A DNA stretch of 63,465 nt, the filler included, from Globobulimina sp. (Eukaryota), in assembly GCA_003354225.1 (NCBI GenBank). It is 33 parts of 33 records of this genome, joined end to end, with 100 filler letters (N's around TTAATTAATTAA, not from the genome) between each part and the next. Parts side by side here need not be neighbours in the genome. Positions count along the whole stretch, not along the records: positions 1 to 1,828 come from PIVH01011470.1; positions 1,929 to 3,756 come from PIVH01011471.1; positions 3,857 to 5,683 come from PIVH01011472.1; positions 5,784 to 7,610 come from PIVH01011473.1; positions 7,711 to 9,537 come from PIVH01011474.1; positions 9,638 to 11,464 come from PIVH01011475.1; positions 11,565 to 13,391 come from PIVH01011476.1; 26 more parts are not named here. The stretch is one strand, 5' to 3'. Under the pieces are notes generated by a model, which was not told where the DNA came from, made no database searches, and saw nothing but the letters and a program-made list of their open reading frames with translations. Below, one piece after another: positions 1 through 12,079 of the stretch. Numbering within the stretch: the stretch's first letter is position 1; every line of letters starts with the position of its first letter. The position numbers were made by a program, and so were the translations under genes.

Positions 1-1583
1 TGATGGAGTTATTATTATGGCTCATATTTCCCGTCTGATTATAATTTGTGTTATAATATTTGTGTTTGGCTGCTTTTTTTTTGGAAGATTTCTGTTGTTT
101 TCTATATTGATATTGATATTGTTGTGGCTCTCGTGGCGATTGAATGGAATTCGGAGAATACGACGGAGAAACATTAATATTATCCATTGACATTTTTTCT
201 TCATCGGAGTCGTTATTTTTATATTCATTTTGTTTGTGTTTATGTTTTCTTTCCACTGTTTTACAAATACTTTGCTGGATTTTCGAGAGTTGCTGCATTG
301 CGTTGGTTTGCCCTCGAATATGTTTGGCTTTTTCTAATCCATTCAAACATTTCTGTATTAATTTAAAACTCTCATCAGAGATTTTCTTGCCACTTGGATG
401 GACACAAAGGGGTTTGTTATACTCATCGATGTCGGAAATGGGCGTATTGTATTTTGATTTTATTTTTTGACTTTGCGGTGTTTCCATGCAATCACGTCTG
501 CTCTGCACAGGTTTTTTGGTCTTTCTCTGCTGCGGTTTGTATTGCATATGTTGCAGTTTATAGTCATCATTGTGAACATCGTCAATATCATCCAGACCAT
601 CATCGGAATTATTATTATTTACAACGGCACATATTTCATTGTCCAATGCATCAAAGATTCCCGACAATTGTTCTGTGTATAAATCAATTACTTTTTGGTT
701 TGAGATATCATCAAAAACTATCAAAACAATTCCGATGCATAAATATAACAAAAAAATGTAGTTTTGGGATTAGTATTTTTATGGAAAATAAAATGAAAAA
801 TACCTTCAATAAATGGAGCTCGATTATTATCATTTAGAGAGTATTGTGATTGCAATAGATTGGACATTGCATTATTATTATTATCTATTATTATTTCGTT
901 ATTGTTATCATTCTTATTATCAGCGAGCACATTGTATTCATTCATATTCATATCATTCATATCATTCATATTCATATCATTCATGTTCATATCATTCATG
1001 TTCATATCATTCATGTTCATATCATTGCTATCGGGCTTTGAGTGATCTTTATTCATATTTTCATCTTTTTTATTCTTTTCATCTATCAATATTTTGCTTT
1101 ATGGTTTTAATAGAAAATGAAAATAAAACAGAATATGTTGACATAACTTTTAGCAGTTGGCGACGCATAAAATTTGCCAAAAGATGGAGTGTTATCTTTT
1201 TGTGAGTTGCTTGTTAAAATTTGCGTAATGTTTTTGTTTTTATCATGATCATAATTAAATTGCCAATCATTGTTGTTTGAATTGTCCTGTTTTGATATGT
1301 TTGATGTATTTGACGTATGGTCGGTATTATTTTGTTGGTTGTGTTTGTCCGTTTCGTTGGGTGATAGTTGGTGTTGTGATTGACGAGGTCTTGACCGCGG
1401 CTGTTTTCTCTTTCTTCTATTTGGACTGTTTATGCTTATATTCATGTTCATATTCATATTACGCGTATGATTATTTTTCCGTTTGCTAGGGCTGCCAGGT
1501 TGAAATAGTTGCGATTGTTTATTCGCATGGGTTTGCTTCGTATTATCAACCATTAGAGTTGAACCTTCGTCGTTGGAACTCAT
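1..1583 (-). CDS. Asn-rich low-complexity hypothetical protein, about 3 exons, 3' partial
   Basis: ORFs 1107-1583 and 721-1089 each end in an AT-rich GT..AG intron-like tract. A third frame (FDDISNQKVIDLYTEQL...) stays open from about 716 to the window start. Confidence 0.6.
940..1025. repeat. Coding 15-nt tandem repeat (ATCATTCATRTTCAT)n encoding (MNMND)n
   Basis: About 5-6 imperfect copies are visible directly. Confidence 0.85.
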
Positions 1584-1828
1584 TGGATACTGGAACTAGA
1601 ACACTTCGCCACTCAATAACGCCTATGTCTGGTATCTGATTTAGAGCCGTTAAGTTTTCTACTGAGAAGTTAAAAGTCAAAGTCAAACTCAATAATGCTT
1701 TCACCACAAATAAAAGTCAGTGACAGGAGAAATTCTCGTAGTATAAAGTGAAAAGCGAACATGGGGAACGAACTACATTTTAAACCACACAAATTGAAAA
1801 AATGTATTTTGAGCCAAGTAAAATCAAA

Positions 1829-1928
1829 NNNNNNNNNNNNNNNNNNNNNNNNNNNNNNNNNNNNNNNNNNNNTTAATTAATTAANNNNNNNNNNNNNNNN
1901 NNNNNNNNNNNNNNNNNNNNNNNNNNNN
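1829..1928. other. Artificial scaffold linker (44N-TTAATTAATTAA-44N); first of 32 identical linkers separating 33 contigs
   Basis: An identical 100-nt unit recurs about every 1.93 kb. The 12-mer has stops in all six frames, and contig lengths fall steadily from 1828 to 1825 nt. Confidence 0.99.
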
Positions 1929-2476
1929 TCTCAATTTGCATTGCATTGTAATAAATACATTGAATCGGCAGATAATAAAATGGAGCGCGTTGATGTTCGA
2001 GTTTGGAGAGGTGACAATGATGAAGATACGTGGATAAATATTGCAGTCATTAATAATGCGGAATCAGGAAAAATCAGTATATCAAAAGAAACGGAGCTTA
2101 ATGACGAAACCTGGGATGTGATGGTAATAACATCGTGTAATACTAATTAAAAACTTGTAGTTCAAATTTTATCCTTGCACAGCAGTGACAGCACAATTGA
2201 GACTTGAAAATCAATTAAACCATAAACGAAAACAATCAGAGCATGGTACAATTGGTACGTACGCATAAAAAAAATAAAAACGAAAGAAAAAAAGAAATAT
2301 GACAAAAATGCATTATTTCGACAAAGGGATTTGATTGGTCAGTTTTGCAAAGTGATTTTAATTTCAATTTGTAAATAATGGATAAAACATTAAAACCTCC
2401 AACAATAAAAAAGTTCAACATGATCACAACAACAATTCAACAAAAAAACATGAGATTTGATTTTGTCATGTTTTGA

Positions 2477-2881
2477 TTATGTGTCTTTTCCAGGAGGCGG
2501 TTTTGATAAATCTTCGTCAATGCCCGCTTGAGTCATTAATTCACCGATTGATCCTTCCAATTCGTCCAATCTTTTGCCCATATCATCCACTGTATATTTT
2601 ATTAGTTTATTTTGCATATATTTCAGTATTGTGTATCAACGCAGATTCGCACAATTCGCACATACATCTTCCAATAATGGAATCAGACATTTCTTGGAAT
2701 CTCTCGTGCTAAATATTGCATATTGTATATGTCTACATTCTTGTCATGGAATTGGAGCTTCATTACACACCATTTTTTGTAAAAGCGATTGGACAAATTC
2801 TGTCAAATCCTGCGTAGTTTGCTCATCTGCGTCCTTTGCATTTAAACTAGCAACTTTGCTCTCCATTTCTTTATCTGCCAT
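2477..2881 (-). CDS. HSBP1: Heat shock factor binding protein 1, 3 exons (2881-2771, 2708-2666, 2589-2477)
   Basis: Spliced translation MADKEMESKVASLNAKDADEQTTQDLTEFVQSLLQKM-HERFQEMSDSIIGR-LDDMGKRLDELEGSIGELMTQAGIDEDLSKPPPGKDT matches the HSBP1 pattern QDLT..VQ.LLQ.M...FQ.MSD.IIGR.DDM..R.D.LE..I..LMTQAG. GT-AG introns are 62 and 76 nt. Confidence 0.92.
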
Positions 2882-3016
2882 TATTTAATTGTGATTGTAT
2901 TGGGTGAAAAAGTGTATTATTTGTGTCTTGAATTCAGTTCCAAAGAGGAGGATGGAGCGTTTCTTCTGTTGATGAAATAGCAAAAGTTTTTTCAAAAAAA
3001 ACCTAACACTGAAACC

Positions 3017-3709
3017 ATGAGCAAAGGCAATTGGTCCGAATGGTTAGGAGCTGCTCATGATACATCATCCTCTGCACAGACACCAAATTACGTCGCATTA
3101 ACTGATGACACACTGCATCACCCAAACAATCCAAGTGCAATACCAGCGTTCTCAAACAATAACTATCGATATGCAGCCAATAATCCATCCTATAATCCCT
3201 ACCATTATAACCCTGCGACGCCATCCACATCACACTATGGCCAGCCTCAATATTCTGCATCGTATTACCAACAACAACAGCAACCATATCATAACATTAA
3301 CTATAACAACAACACTAATAATAGCAATACATTATGCCCACCGACAGATTATTATGCATTAATAAAAAATAAGCACAAAAAGCACAAGAAACACAAAAAT
3401 AAACGAAATAAGGAGATAAGTGTCCCCCCAGCGAGACCACCTAAACCTACTCCAACTTACACAATCAGCAACATATCGCATTCAGCAGCAAAACAGTATG
3501 AGTTAATTGTGACCAATGTGCCGTTGCAAATACGCAGTCGTGAGCTGCATAAGGCATTGAATGGTGTCAAGTGCCATTTGACTGACTTTTACATTCCAGA
3601 CTACAGTCAGGCGTCGACGATCATTATTGTGGTGAAAGGATTTGTGCAAAAACCCTATGATCTTGAGACGCTGGCGAGCATGCTCCAAAAAATAATAAAC
3701 GAAAAGTAA
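3017..3709 (+). CDS. Hypothetical protein, N/Y/P-rich N-terminus, possible RRM-like C-terminal part
   Basis: Complete 230-aa ORF divergent from HSBP1. YELIVTNVP resembles an RNP2-like strand (weak). Confidence 0.55.
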   Translation: MSKGNWSEWLGAAHDTSSSAQTPNYVALTDDTLHHPNNPSAIPAFSNNNYRYAANNPSYNPYHYNPATPSTSHYGQPQYSASYYQQQQQPYHNINYNNNTNNSNTLCPPTDYYALIKNKHKKHKKHKNKRNKEISVPPARPPKPTPTYTISNISHSAAKQYELIVTNVPLQIRSRELHKALNGVKCHLTDFYIPDYSQASTIIIVVKGFVQKPYDLETLASMLQKIINEK

Positions 3710-3856
3710 TGATAGATCCTGAATATTGCACCATTTATTCATATATTTATATGGAGNNNNNNNNNNNNNNNNNNNNNNNNNNNNNNNNNNNNNNNNNNNN
3801 TTAATTAATTAANNNNNNNNNNNNNNNNNNNNNNNNNNNNNNNNNNNNNNNNNNNN

Positions 3857-5683
3857 GTAGAAGTGGATTTTTGATTTTTAAACGTTTAATTTAATTTGTA
3901 AATTTTATTCACTGTAAATACATTCCATTTGTGTATATTTGAATAAAATAATATAAATTTGTTTCTAGTACACATTTTACACAACAAAACACAAAAAATA
4001 TGTAAACAGAAATTATATTGTTAGTAACAAAAAGTGAAAAGAGGGCAGACCAGGATAGCAATAAGAAATTTAGAGTGAAAACGGCTTGGTGGCGTTAGCA
4101 CTTATCCAAACCGTAGGTTACAATTTTGAATAATAAGATTATGTTTGAAAGCACCGAGTGAACGAGAGGCTATTCGTTCTGCTGTCAGTTTATTCCATTG
4201 ATTAACAATCCTATTTGCAAAGAAGAATTTTCTAGCATTTATACGACTTTTTTTTACTATTAGTTTTGCTGGATGGCCACGAGTGGTACCTTCTCTGATT
4301 TCAAAGAAATGGTTAAAATCGAGATCGATAAGATTATTACGTATTTTGAAACACAAAGTTAGGTCAGTTTTAATTCGTCGTCTTTCGAGGGTTTCTAAAC
4401 CGAGGTAGTCAATACGATCCTGATAATTCGTTTTTGGTAAATTACATCTTTTAAATAGTCTTCGCGTAAAGTATCTTTGAACCTTTTCTATAATAACAAT
4501 GTCTTTAACCAAGTGAGGATTCCATATAGAGGGACCTGATTCGACTATAGGACGGACATAAACTTTGTATGCTCTTAATAAAGTTTTGGCAGTTTTACTA
4601 CGAAAAACACGAAAAATTAGGGCAGAAGTCCTAAGCGCTTTTGCAGAGATTATTCGACAATGAGTGGAAAATTTAAGGTTGGTTGTGACTGTGTAGCCCA
4701 AGTCTCTAATAGAAGAAACGGATTCAAGTTGATGATTAGCAATAGAGTATGTAGATTTAACATTGTTATGGCGATTAGTGATATTTAACGTTTGGCATTT
4801 AGTTTCAGATAGTCTCAATTGCCATTTTTTAGCCCAGTCAACAATACTATCTAGATCAAATTGGAGAGAAACAGAATCTAAGTTAATGTCACTTATTTTG
4901 CGATAAAGTTTTACATCATCAGCAAATAATCTAATATTAGAGTTAGGTACACAATCGGTAATATCATCAATAAATATATTAAAAAATGTTGAACCAAGGA
5001 CTGTACCCTGTGGAACTGAACTAATTACGGGAATTAGGGAGGAAACCTCTGAACCAATATATACCCTTTGGGTTCTGCCAGTAAGAAACGCGGAAATCCA
5101 TCGTAAAGCTTTACCAGAAATACCATAAGTTTCAAGTTTAAATAGCAATTTTTGGTGTGATACAGTATCAAATGCTTTGGCAAAATCAAGGTAAACTACA
5201 TCAGTGTCGCACCCTTGTTGCAAAAAAGTTGTCCAATCATTTAAACACTCTAGCATTTGAGTTATAGTAGACCTTTTAGACCTAAACCCATGTTGGAACC
5301 TAGATAAATGAGGTGAGAATAGACCTAAAATAGCCTTGCGAACAATTTTTTCTAAAGATTTACATACATATGAAGTTTGAGAAAGAGGGCGATAATTAGA
5401 AACTTTACAGTTTCTACCTTTTTTGAATATAGGGCAAACTAAAGCAGTTTTCCAGTCGACAGGCAATTCACCAGTGTCTATAGATTTTCGAAACATAAGA
5501 TAAATAGGGTAAGCAATACCTTTGGCAATACGGCGTAATAAATAGGCAGGCAAACAATCAGGAGTACGTGAGAGCTTATTAGGTACGTTTTTTACAGTTG
5601 TAAGTACGTCAGGGATGGATAACGGTACGGTATCCAGGTCACCTATTGCAGCCCGGTGGAAATCGGGTATATCTCCAGTATCT
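3857..5683 (-). mobile_element. Non-LTR retrotransposon (CR1-like LINE) 3' half: RT ORF (stop at 4102, frame open to contig edge) plus 3' UTR
   Basis: RT motifs NYRPLS, QHGFR, YLDFAKAFD, VPQGTVLG, FADD and DLG, with the C-terminal TRGHPAKL and FFANRIVNQWN typical of the CR1/L2 group. AATAAA and (AAATT)n-like tail near 3880-3910. Confidence 0.9.
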
Positions 5684-5783
5684 NNNNNNNNNNNNNNNNN
5701 NNNNNNNNNNNNNNNNNNNNNNNNNNNTTAATTAATTAANNNNNNNNNNNNNNNNNNNNNNNNNNNNNNNNNNNNNNNNNNNN

Positions 5784-7603
5784 AATTTTGATTTGGTTTC
5801 TGCTAAATCCAATTCTATATTTTCATGAATTGGTGGCATTACAACTATAACATTTTCAGTCGTTGATATTTCTCTATTTCCAATCATTTCAATCTCAGCC
5901 AAACCATGCAATTTCTGTACGGCTTCCAATTCATTTTCGTTTTCTAATTTATGCCCAGCCGCAGTGTGTGGGATAAATTCGATTGCTTCACAATTTAATG
6001 AACTTTTTATTTCATTATCTTTCATATTTAATCCAATAATGCCGGACATCGACGTACATTCATAACGTTTCTCACTAAAATTCATTTTCTTTCGCGAAAC
6101 CATTTTTATTTCTGGCAAAGCATGAAATTGCTGTCGCGCAAATTGAGTGTGTCTGTAATTACATTTGTGCTCATTTTTGCAGCCCCAGCGAGAATTAAAC
6201 CATTTACAAAATGACACATAATTCGGATTTGAATGACTGAACACACAAAATCTGCCTTGTTTACATCCAGCGGCTGAACCAAAATAATCACAGAATGCAA
6301 TGTTAATTTGTTTTTCTTTTTTCTTCTTCTTTTTAAATGGATTTTGTCGAAATGGATTCACAGACAAATCTTTAATAAAAGCTCGATTATATTCCATATC
6401 TTGGCTCTTTACAATATCATTATCTCTCTGCCTCTTTACAATAATTACTTTTATGTCATTCTCATCGTTGCTTTCCTTGAATGTAAAGGTATACTTAAAT
6501 ATCAATAATGATAAAATGAATATTAATGTTTTCTGTCCAAAACCAATTTGATCAAACCATAAATCCAAATTGATCGAATTATAAGTCATTGTATACAGAT
6601 TTATTGCATATACGCCATCAGGCGGAACTGTATATATTTTACCACAGTTTAATTGAATTTGGATTGGTTTATTTGATGAGTTACATCGAAATCTGGGCAA
6701 TGAACCAAATGGATATAATCGCAAATTATCAAAAACAAATGCTTTCAATACGGATATGTTTGTATCTGCTGATATTGCTTTGACATTTCCATTGCAGGCA
6801 TCATATATTTCACTATAGATTTTATTCTGAAACACTGGGTATTTGCATAAGGACATAATGCACCACTCCAAGCAACTCGACATTAAATTCATTGCATTGG
6901 CTGCAATCATAAATAAATCCGCTTTATTGCCAAATATTTTGTGTTTCTCTTTGAGTTTACAAAATACGTTTTCTGTATTTATAATATCGTTGTTTTCTAA
7001 GTGTTTTTCAATGTATTCATCATATATTTGCTGCCATAGCTGTAGGTAATTATTTTTATGATGGTATTTTTGCCTAATTCCGAAACATTTATTTATAAAA
7101 GAATATATTATGTGGGGCTCAGTCAATAGCGCAGTATCGCGTATTTGTCGGGTCGCTGCGTCCCATTTCATGTAAAATTGTTTATTTAATGATGATTTGT
7201 CGATGGTTATACCAAAGCATATAATCATTGTTATATTCAATACCATTAATTTTATGCTTTGATGCAAGTTATTTGTGTAAAATATTATGTTATGAATATC
7301 ATGGAAATTATTATGTTTCTGCAAAATATACTGTTTGATGCATTTTATGATTCTGGCAGTGTCTAATTCGTTTGCTATGTTAATGTCAAATATTGATAAT
7401 GTTTGGCGTGTGTTTTGTCGAAATAATGTGTTTTGTTGAAATCCTAAATTATATTCTGCGATATCACCGTGAATAATACGTGTATATGTGTTCACTAATA
7501 AATAAGGTATGCATCCAATTAATGGTAATCCTGTTCTTTTTATTATATTTAATGGTAAATTGGAATAAATTCGACCGAATTTATTATATAATCCTCGACC
7601 CAT
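5784..7603 (-). CDS. Degenerate cytochrome P450-like domain fused to two CCCH zinc fingers (3' partial)
   Basis: GLPLIG; I/J-helix-like DLFMIAANAMNLMSSCLEWCIMSLCKYPVFQNKIYSEI; K-helix LKAFVFDNLRLYP; GFGQK without Cys; then CDYFGSAAGCKQGRFCVFSH and CKWFNSRWGCKNEHKCNYRH. Confidence 0.75.
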
Positions 7604-7710
7604 TAGGAATNNNNNNNNNNNNNNNNNNNNNNNNNNNNNNNNNNNNNNNNNNNNTTAATTAATTAANNNNNNNNNNNNNNNNNNNNNNNNNNNNNNNNNN
7701 NNNNNNNNNN

Positions 7711-9537
7711 ATATTTTGGATAATTTATTTCATAGAATGCATTCTCATTCCATGCTGTACCATTTTTTAAACATTCCACTGCTTCATCTACAAACAATTG
7801 CCATTGTGGTAAATAATATGTTCCAATCACATCTCCCCACTGTTTACACGCATAGTTATTGATTTGCCCCGTTGGCCCCCATAACTAACAAACAAATATT
7901 AACACGTATACACTGTATACGTACTGTACATATATAAATGTCTTAACGGTGATTTGATTGCGTGCATTAAACTCATACCAATTCTTTGTATCATTATTAT
8001 TCGAAGTATCAGTGGTTTGACCTCGTGCCATTCCAATCCAATCCGCCAACATCCAATGCATATTAGTCAATAAAATCGAATCTAAATCTTTCATAACATC
8101 AATCAACGTCTTTCCATATGTTGTTGCATCATCAATTTGCTTTGCATTAAATGCCACACTGAAATTCTGATAAACTTCGTTAAATAAATCGGAAAACACT
8201 TGTCTGCTCACATCCACTAAATCATATCGAAACCTTTCAACACGCTCCAACACATTACCAACACTTATAAACTGTTTCCATACTCTTTGCACGATCATTG
8301 GATCATGATTCACTTTGCCATACCCAAAATTAGGGAATTCCACAGCATAGTTGTTTTGTGGAGTGTCGCCAAGAGCATACAATGTCTGTCCTAACTCAAT
8401 CCAGCCATTTACCAAATTATCAATGACCCCCATATTATTATTATCCGTATGTCCCAATCCATAGCGTCTGTAGGCATATTTCCGAGCGAATTGAGTGACA
8501 TTCATAGTGTTTGTGCGATAGCCCATTTTATACGTTATATCATACACGATATAATTTTGCCATATGCCCTCCATTGTGGTTCCGATACCCATTAATGTGG
8601 AATTTGCAAAATTTAAAGCGGAAACGTAATTATTCATAATGTGAGATAAATTGCCCTGTATTCCATTTTTACCGCCATAATCATGTAAAGTATTGAAGAA
8701 AAACGGTTTACCATAATACGATTTATATCGATTGTAAAGAGGACTGCTTTCCGTATTCAAGTCCAAAATTATCATGGCATCATCTGGTACGCCACTCAAA
8801 TACGCCGACACTGTATTTGCGTTCCAAAAACCTGAATGGAATAACCATCCTTGCATTACCCTGAACAAATTAAATGTAATAAACCGCAAATAGAACATCA
8901 CAAAAACAAATAGCAAACCAAATAGCATTCTTATCCGCTGCATCCATCGCACCATAAACATATTCGGTATACGACTTCAAATAATTGGCATCGTTGCTGG
9001 CTGGATTCATTTCATTGAATGTATCACATTGATACACATGGCCAGTACCAAAATATTGTGTCTGTGTTTCAATAAAAGCACTGCCAATTTGAGTAAATAA
9101 TGGATCAGACGCATTTAATAATTCCACACAACAATATTGTTCAGGAAACCCTCCCCAGTCTGGAGATTTCGTAACATCTGCATTTGGGTATAATGTGGTA
9201 ATTGCTTTTGGAACATGCCCAGCAAAACAAGTCAATACAGGCGTCATCCCCAATGTGTTCATTCTTGCTAAGATCTGTAACTGCAAATTATACTGACCAG
9301 TGATCTCAGATTCTCTTAGGATATTTTTTGAAACATACAACAGTTAGAAAAAGAATTTAAGTCTGTTCAGAAATGGCATAACTACCTTAGCGGGCCACCC
9401 CAGCCTTGCATATTTCCCATTCGTTGCCATGCATAGAAGCCAGGTCCAGCAAAAAACGAGGATAAGTCCGTAGTATCAAATCCAAACTGTGCAAAGGTTT
9501 TTGCCCACACATATTCTTGTCCTGTAAAGGCTAATGG
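7711..9537 (-). CDS. NAGLU: Alpha-N-acetylglucosaminidase (GH89), internal portion with 3 introns
   Basis: PLAFTGQE, AWQRMGN, FAGHVP, DTFNEM, WVMQGW, GTTMEGI, RYDLVD, YEFNARNQIT-LWGP. Frame changes coincide with GT..AG introns near 9390-9320, 8920-8862 and 7950-7885. Confidence 0.95.
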
Positions 9538-9655
9538 NNNNNNNNNNNNNNNNNNNNNNNNNNNNNNNNNNNNNNNNNNNNTTAATTAATTAANNNNNNN
9601 NNNNNNNNNNNNNNNNNNNNNNNNNNNNNNNNNNNNNTCATGCAGCATAATGATA

Positions 9656-10461
9656 GTGGGTTGATCTTTTTTAGAATATAATGAAAGCGATGTTAAATTT
9701 GAGTTATTATCGTCTGGGGATAAAAGTGCTGCGGTACCATCAGGGATTGGTAATTTTGGGAAATTGTTGTTGCTGAAAGACATTTTAGTTGAAGTGGAAA
9801 CTAAAGATGTTTTTTTGAAAAAGTACAGTATTTATCAAACATAAAATGCCATAAAATGCCCAAACTTTTGTATCATCGCCCAACGGTAATATTGAGTTTA
9901 ATAGGTTTGGTTCTATGGCGCCAATACCAATGCCACCGATGAAATTTGCTATGATGATCCACCAGCAATATTTTATTGACAATACGAAAAAAATAAGCAA
10001 TATTATGAACATGCTACATATCATGCAACATAGTGATAAAACAACGCGGGTTTTGCAAGAATAGGAGCTCCAAAATATTTCATGACCGATGCGGAAGATA
10101 AGTGTGCCGATAAATGTGGCTGATATGCCATGCTCAAATATTGATTTCTGTGCATCAGGAATGCCATTTGGCCAATTGTCTTCGATGTGGTCGAGTAGAT
10201 TTGCCTGGAATAATAGTAATGAAGCAAATGTCATCCATGCTGAGAATGTAACAAATAGCATGGATCGATGTGTGGGTTGATCTTTTTTAGAATATAATGA
10301 AAGCGATGTTAAATTTGAGTTATTATCATCTGGCGATATCGATAAAAGTGCTGTTGTACCATCAGGGATTGGTAATTTTTGGAAATTGTTGTTCCTGAAA
10401 GACATTTAGTTGAAGTGTAAAACTGAAGATGTTTTTGCCTTTTTGGAAAAATTGACATTTA
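9656..10461. repeat. Diverged direct duplication of about 180 nt (9656-9836 vs 10273-10461) covering the gene start and upstream leader
   Basis: MSFRNNNFQKLPIPDGTTALL vs MSFSNNNFPKLPIPDGTAALL; substitutions plus a 6-nt indel. Confidence 0.9.
9848..10405 (-). CDS. Multi-pass membrane protein, possibly CLN3/battenin-like MFS, truncated by a downstream duplicate
   Basis: Several hydrophobic helices and the GGIGIGAIEPNLL motif. The sequence switches into a second copy of its own 5' region near 9840. Confidence 0.45.
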
Positions 10462-10701
10462 TCGTACACGTTGATCAATAAAACCATTAGTGGAATAAAT
10501 TGTCATTTCAAAGTTATATTCAAAAGTATAATTGCCATAAACAAATCCGTTTAAATTTGACAGTTAAATGGATTCAAGATCTATCTGTAGCTCTGATAGT
10601 CTGATTTGTGAAAGACTTTTGGTGCAGTCGCTCTTTAAAACACTCATAACATCGATCTGAATAAATTCAAGCAGTTTTTTTTAGACAACTTGAACTAAAG
10701 A

Positions 10702-11464
10702 ATGGCAACAGAATTAGCTGTCCAGCAAACATTAAACGATAAAAATAAACTTACATATGCAGGCATGACAGAGGAAGTTAAAGATCAATCAGCGAATGAT
10801 ACAGTTAGTAATATTTCGACAAAAATTAATTTACCAAATGCAATGCGTGAAATCAGTGATAAAGATAAGTATGAATTTAATTATCGATTACATTTGATGT
10901 TACCATTTACCATTTTAATATTTGTATCATATTTCCATGAGCTCGAGTACATTCTTGATAATAATATACTGCGTATTTTAATTATTGTTTATCATGCATT
11001 GCTTATTCTATTTTGTTCCGCAATTTTTATTTTTTGTATAATTTATAAAAAACCATTCGCAAAATTTGTAAATACATTATTATTTGGATCTGTATCATCA
11101 AATATATTTGAACACAGACAGTATGCCGGATTATGGTTTTTTGTATCCATTATATATTCATCAGCGGTAACTATCCTTGATATATATTATGTTTCTGCTG
11201 TCTCGAGAGCAGTACCACTCGCATTGAATTTGACATTTCTTATTTTCTATAAAACTGTTAAATGCCACCAACGTTAATTTGAGTATATTCCTTTTAAATA
11301 CTTTTAAAATATATAATTAAAATATATTAAAAATTTTAGAAATTATGGAGAAACAAAAAACAGTGTTGGAAAAATATAAAAATACAGAAAAGATTCAACA
11401 TAAAATTGATGAAAGATTGCAAGATTGGCAGCAGAGTAAAAAATTAATTAACCGTAAAATGGAA
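10702..11464 (+). CDS. Hypothetical multi-pass membrane protein, probable intron after about 11273, 3' partial
   Basis: 191-aa ORF with hydrophobic segments, followed by a GTTAAT...TTTTAG tract and further open sequence. Confidence 0.55.
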
Positions 11465-11601
11465 NNNNNNNNNNNNNNNNNNNNNNNNNNNNNNNNNNNN
11501 NNNNNNNNTTAATTAATTAANNNNNNNNNNNNNNNNNNNNNNNNNNNNNNNNNNNNNNNNNNNNAACTCGAAGCACTGTATACAATATTACAATTTACAA
11601 T

Positions 11602-12018
11602 TTATCTGTGTTGTGTTGAAATGCAGTTGCAATAAAAAACGTTGTTAATTAATGTTGCAATAAAAAACACATAGAGTATCAGCTCAATGTTTGCATTCCA
11701 CATGTTTTCAACTGTGATGGTTGATATTGAGACGATTAACAAACCCATAAAGTATATTAATGCAGAAAGCATTACAGTACGATATCGATTAAGATATACA
11801 TCAGAAATATATGCTGCACCGACTGCACAAATATACATAATTCCAATCCATATTGAGATCATGTATGCTGACGATTGAGTGGTAATTTGTAAATCACGGC
11901 GAACAAATAATGTTAAATTGCCAGATAAACTGTAAAAGGCTAAACGTTCACATAATTCACAACCTATGATAGATAACAAGACATATTTGAGGCCTGCCAC
12001 ATGCTTAGTTTCCTCCAT
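11602..12018 (-). CDS. POT/PTR (SLC15/NRT1) peptide transporter, N-terminal part
   Basis: ExxER motif in GCELCERLAFYSL and GAAYISDVYLNRYRT matching the PTR2 signature. Confidence 0.88.
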   Translation of the reverse strand: MEETKHVAGLKYVLLSIIGCELCERLAFYSLSGNLTLFVRRDLQITTQSSAYMISIWIGIMYICAVGAAYISDVYLNRYRTVMLSALIYFMGLLIVSISTITVENMWNANIELILYVFFIATLINNVFYCNCISTQHR

Positions 12019-12079
12019 GTAGGAGTGGGATGGCGACAACTCTCAGCTTAGAGTGACTAGTTTAAAATCTTTTCATATA

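Noticed and set aside
600-630. Stop-codon reassignment or Euplotes-type AAA-TAA frameshifting
   Set aside because: The frame reads AAT AAT AAT without stops. Other frame breaks are mostly explained by GT-AG introns, and long ORFs are open under the standard code.
144-1489. Plus-strand short ORFs here and similar shadow ORFs across the window
   Set aside because: They are antisense or alternative-frame shadows of better supported genes and carry no motifs.
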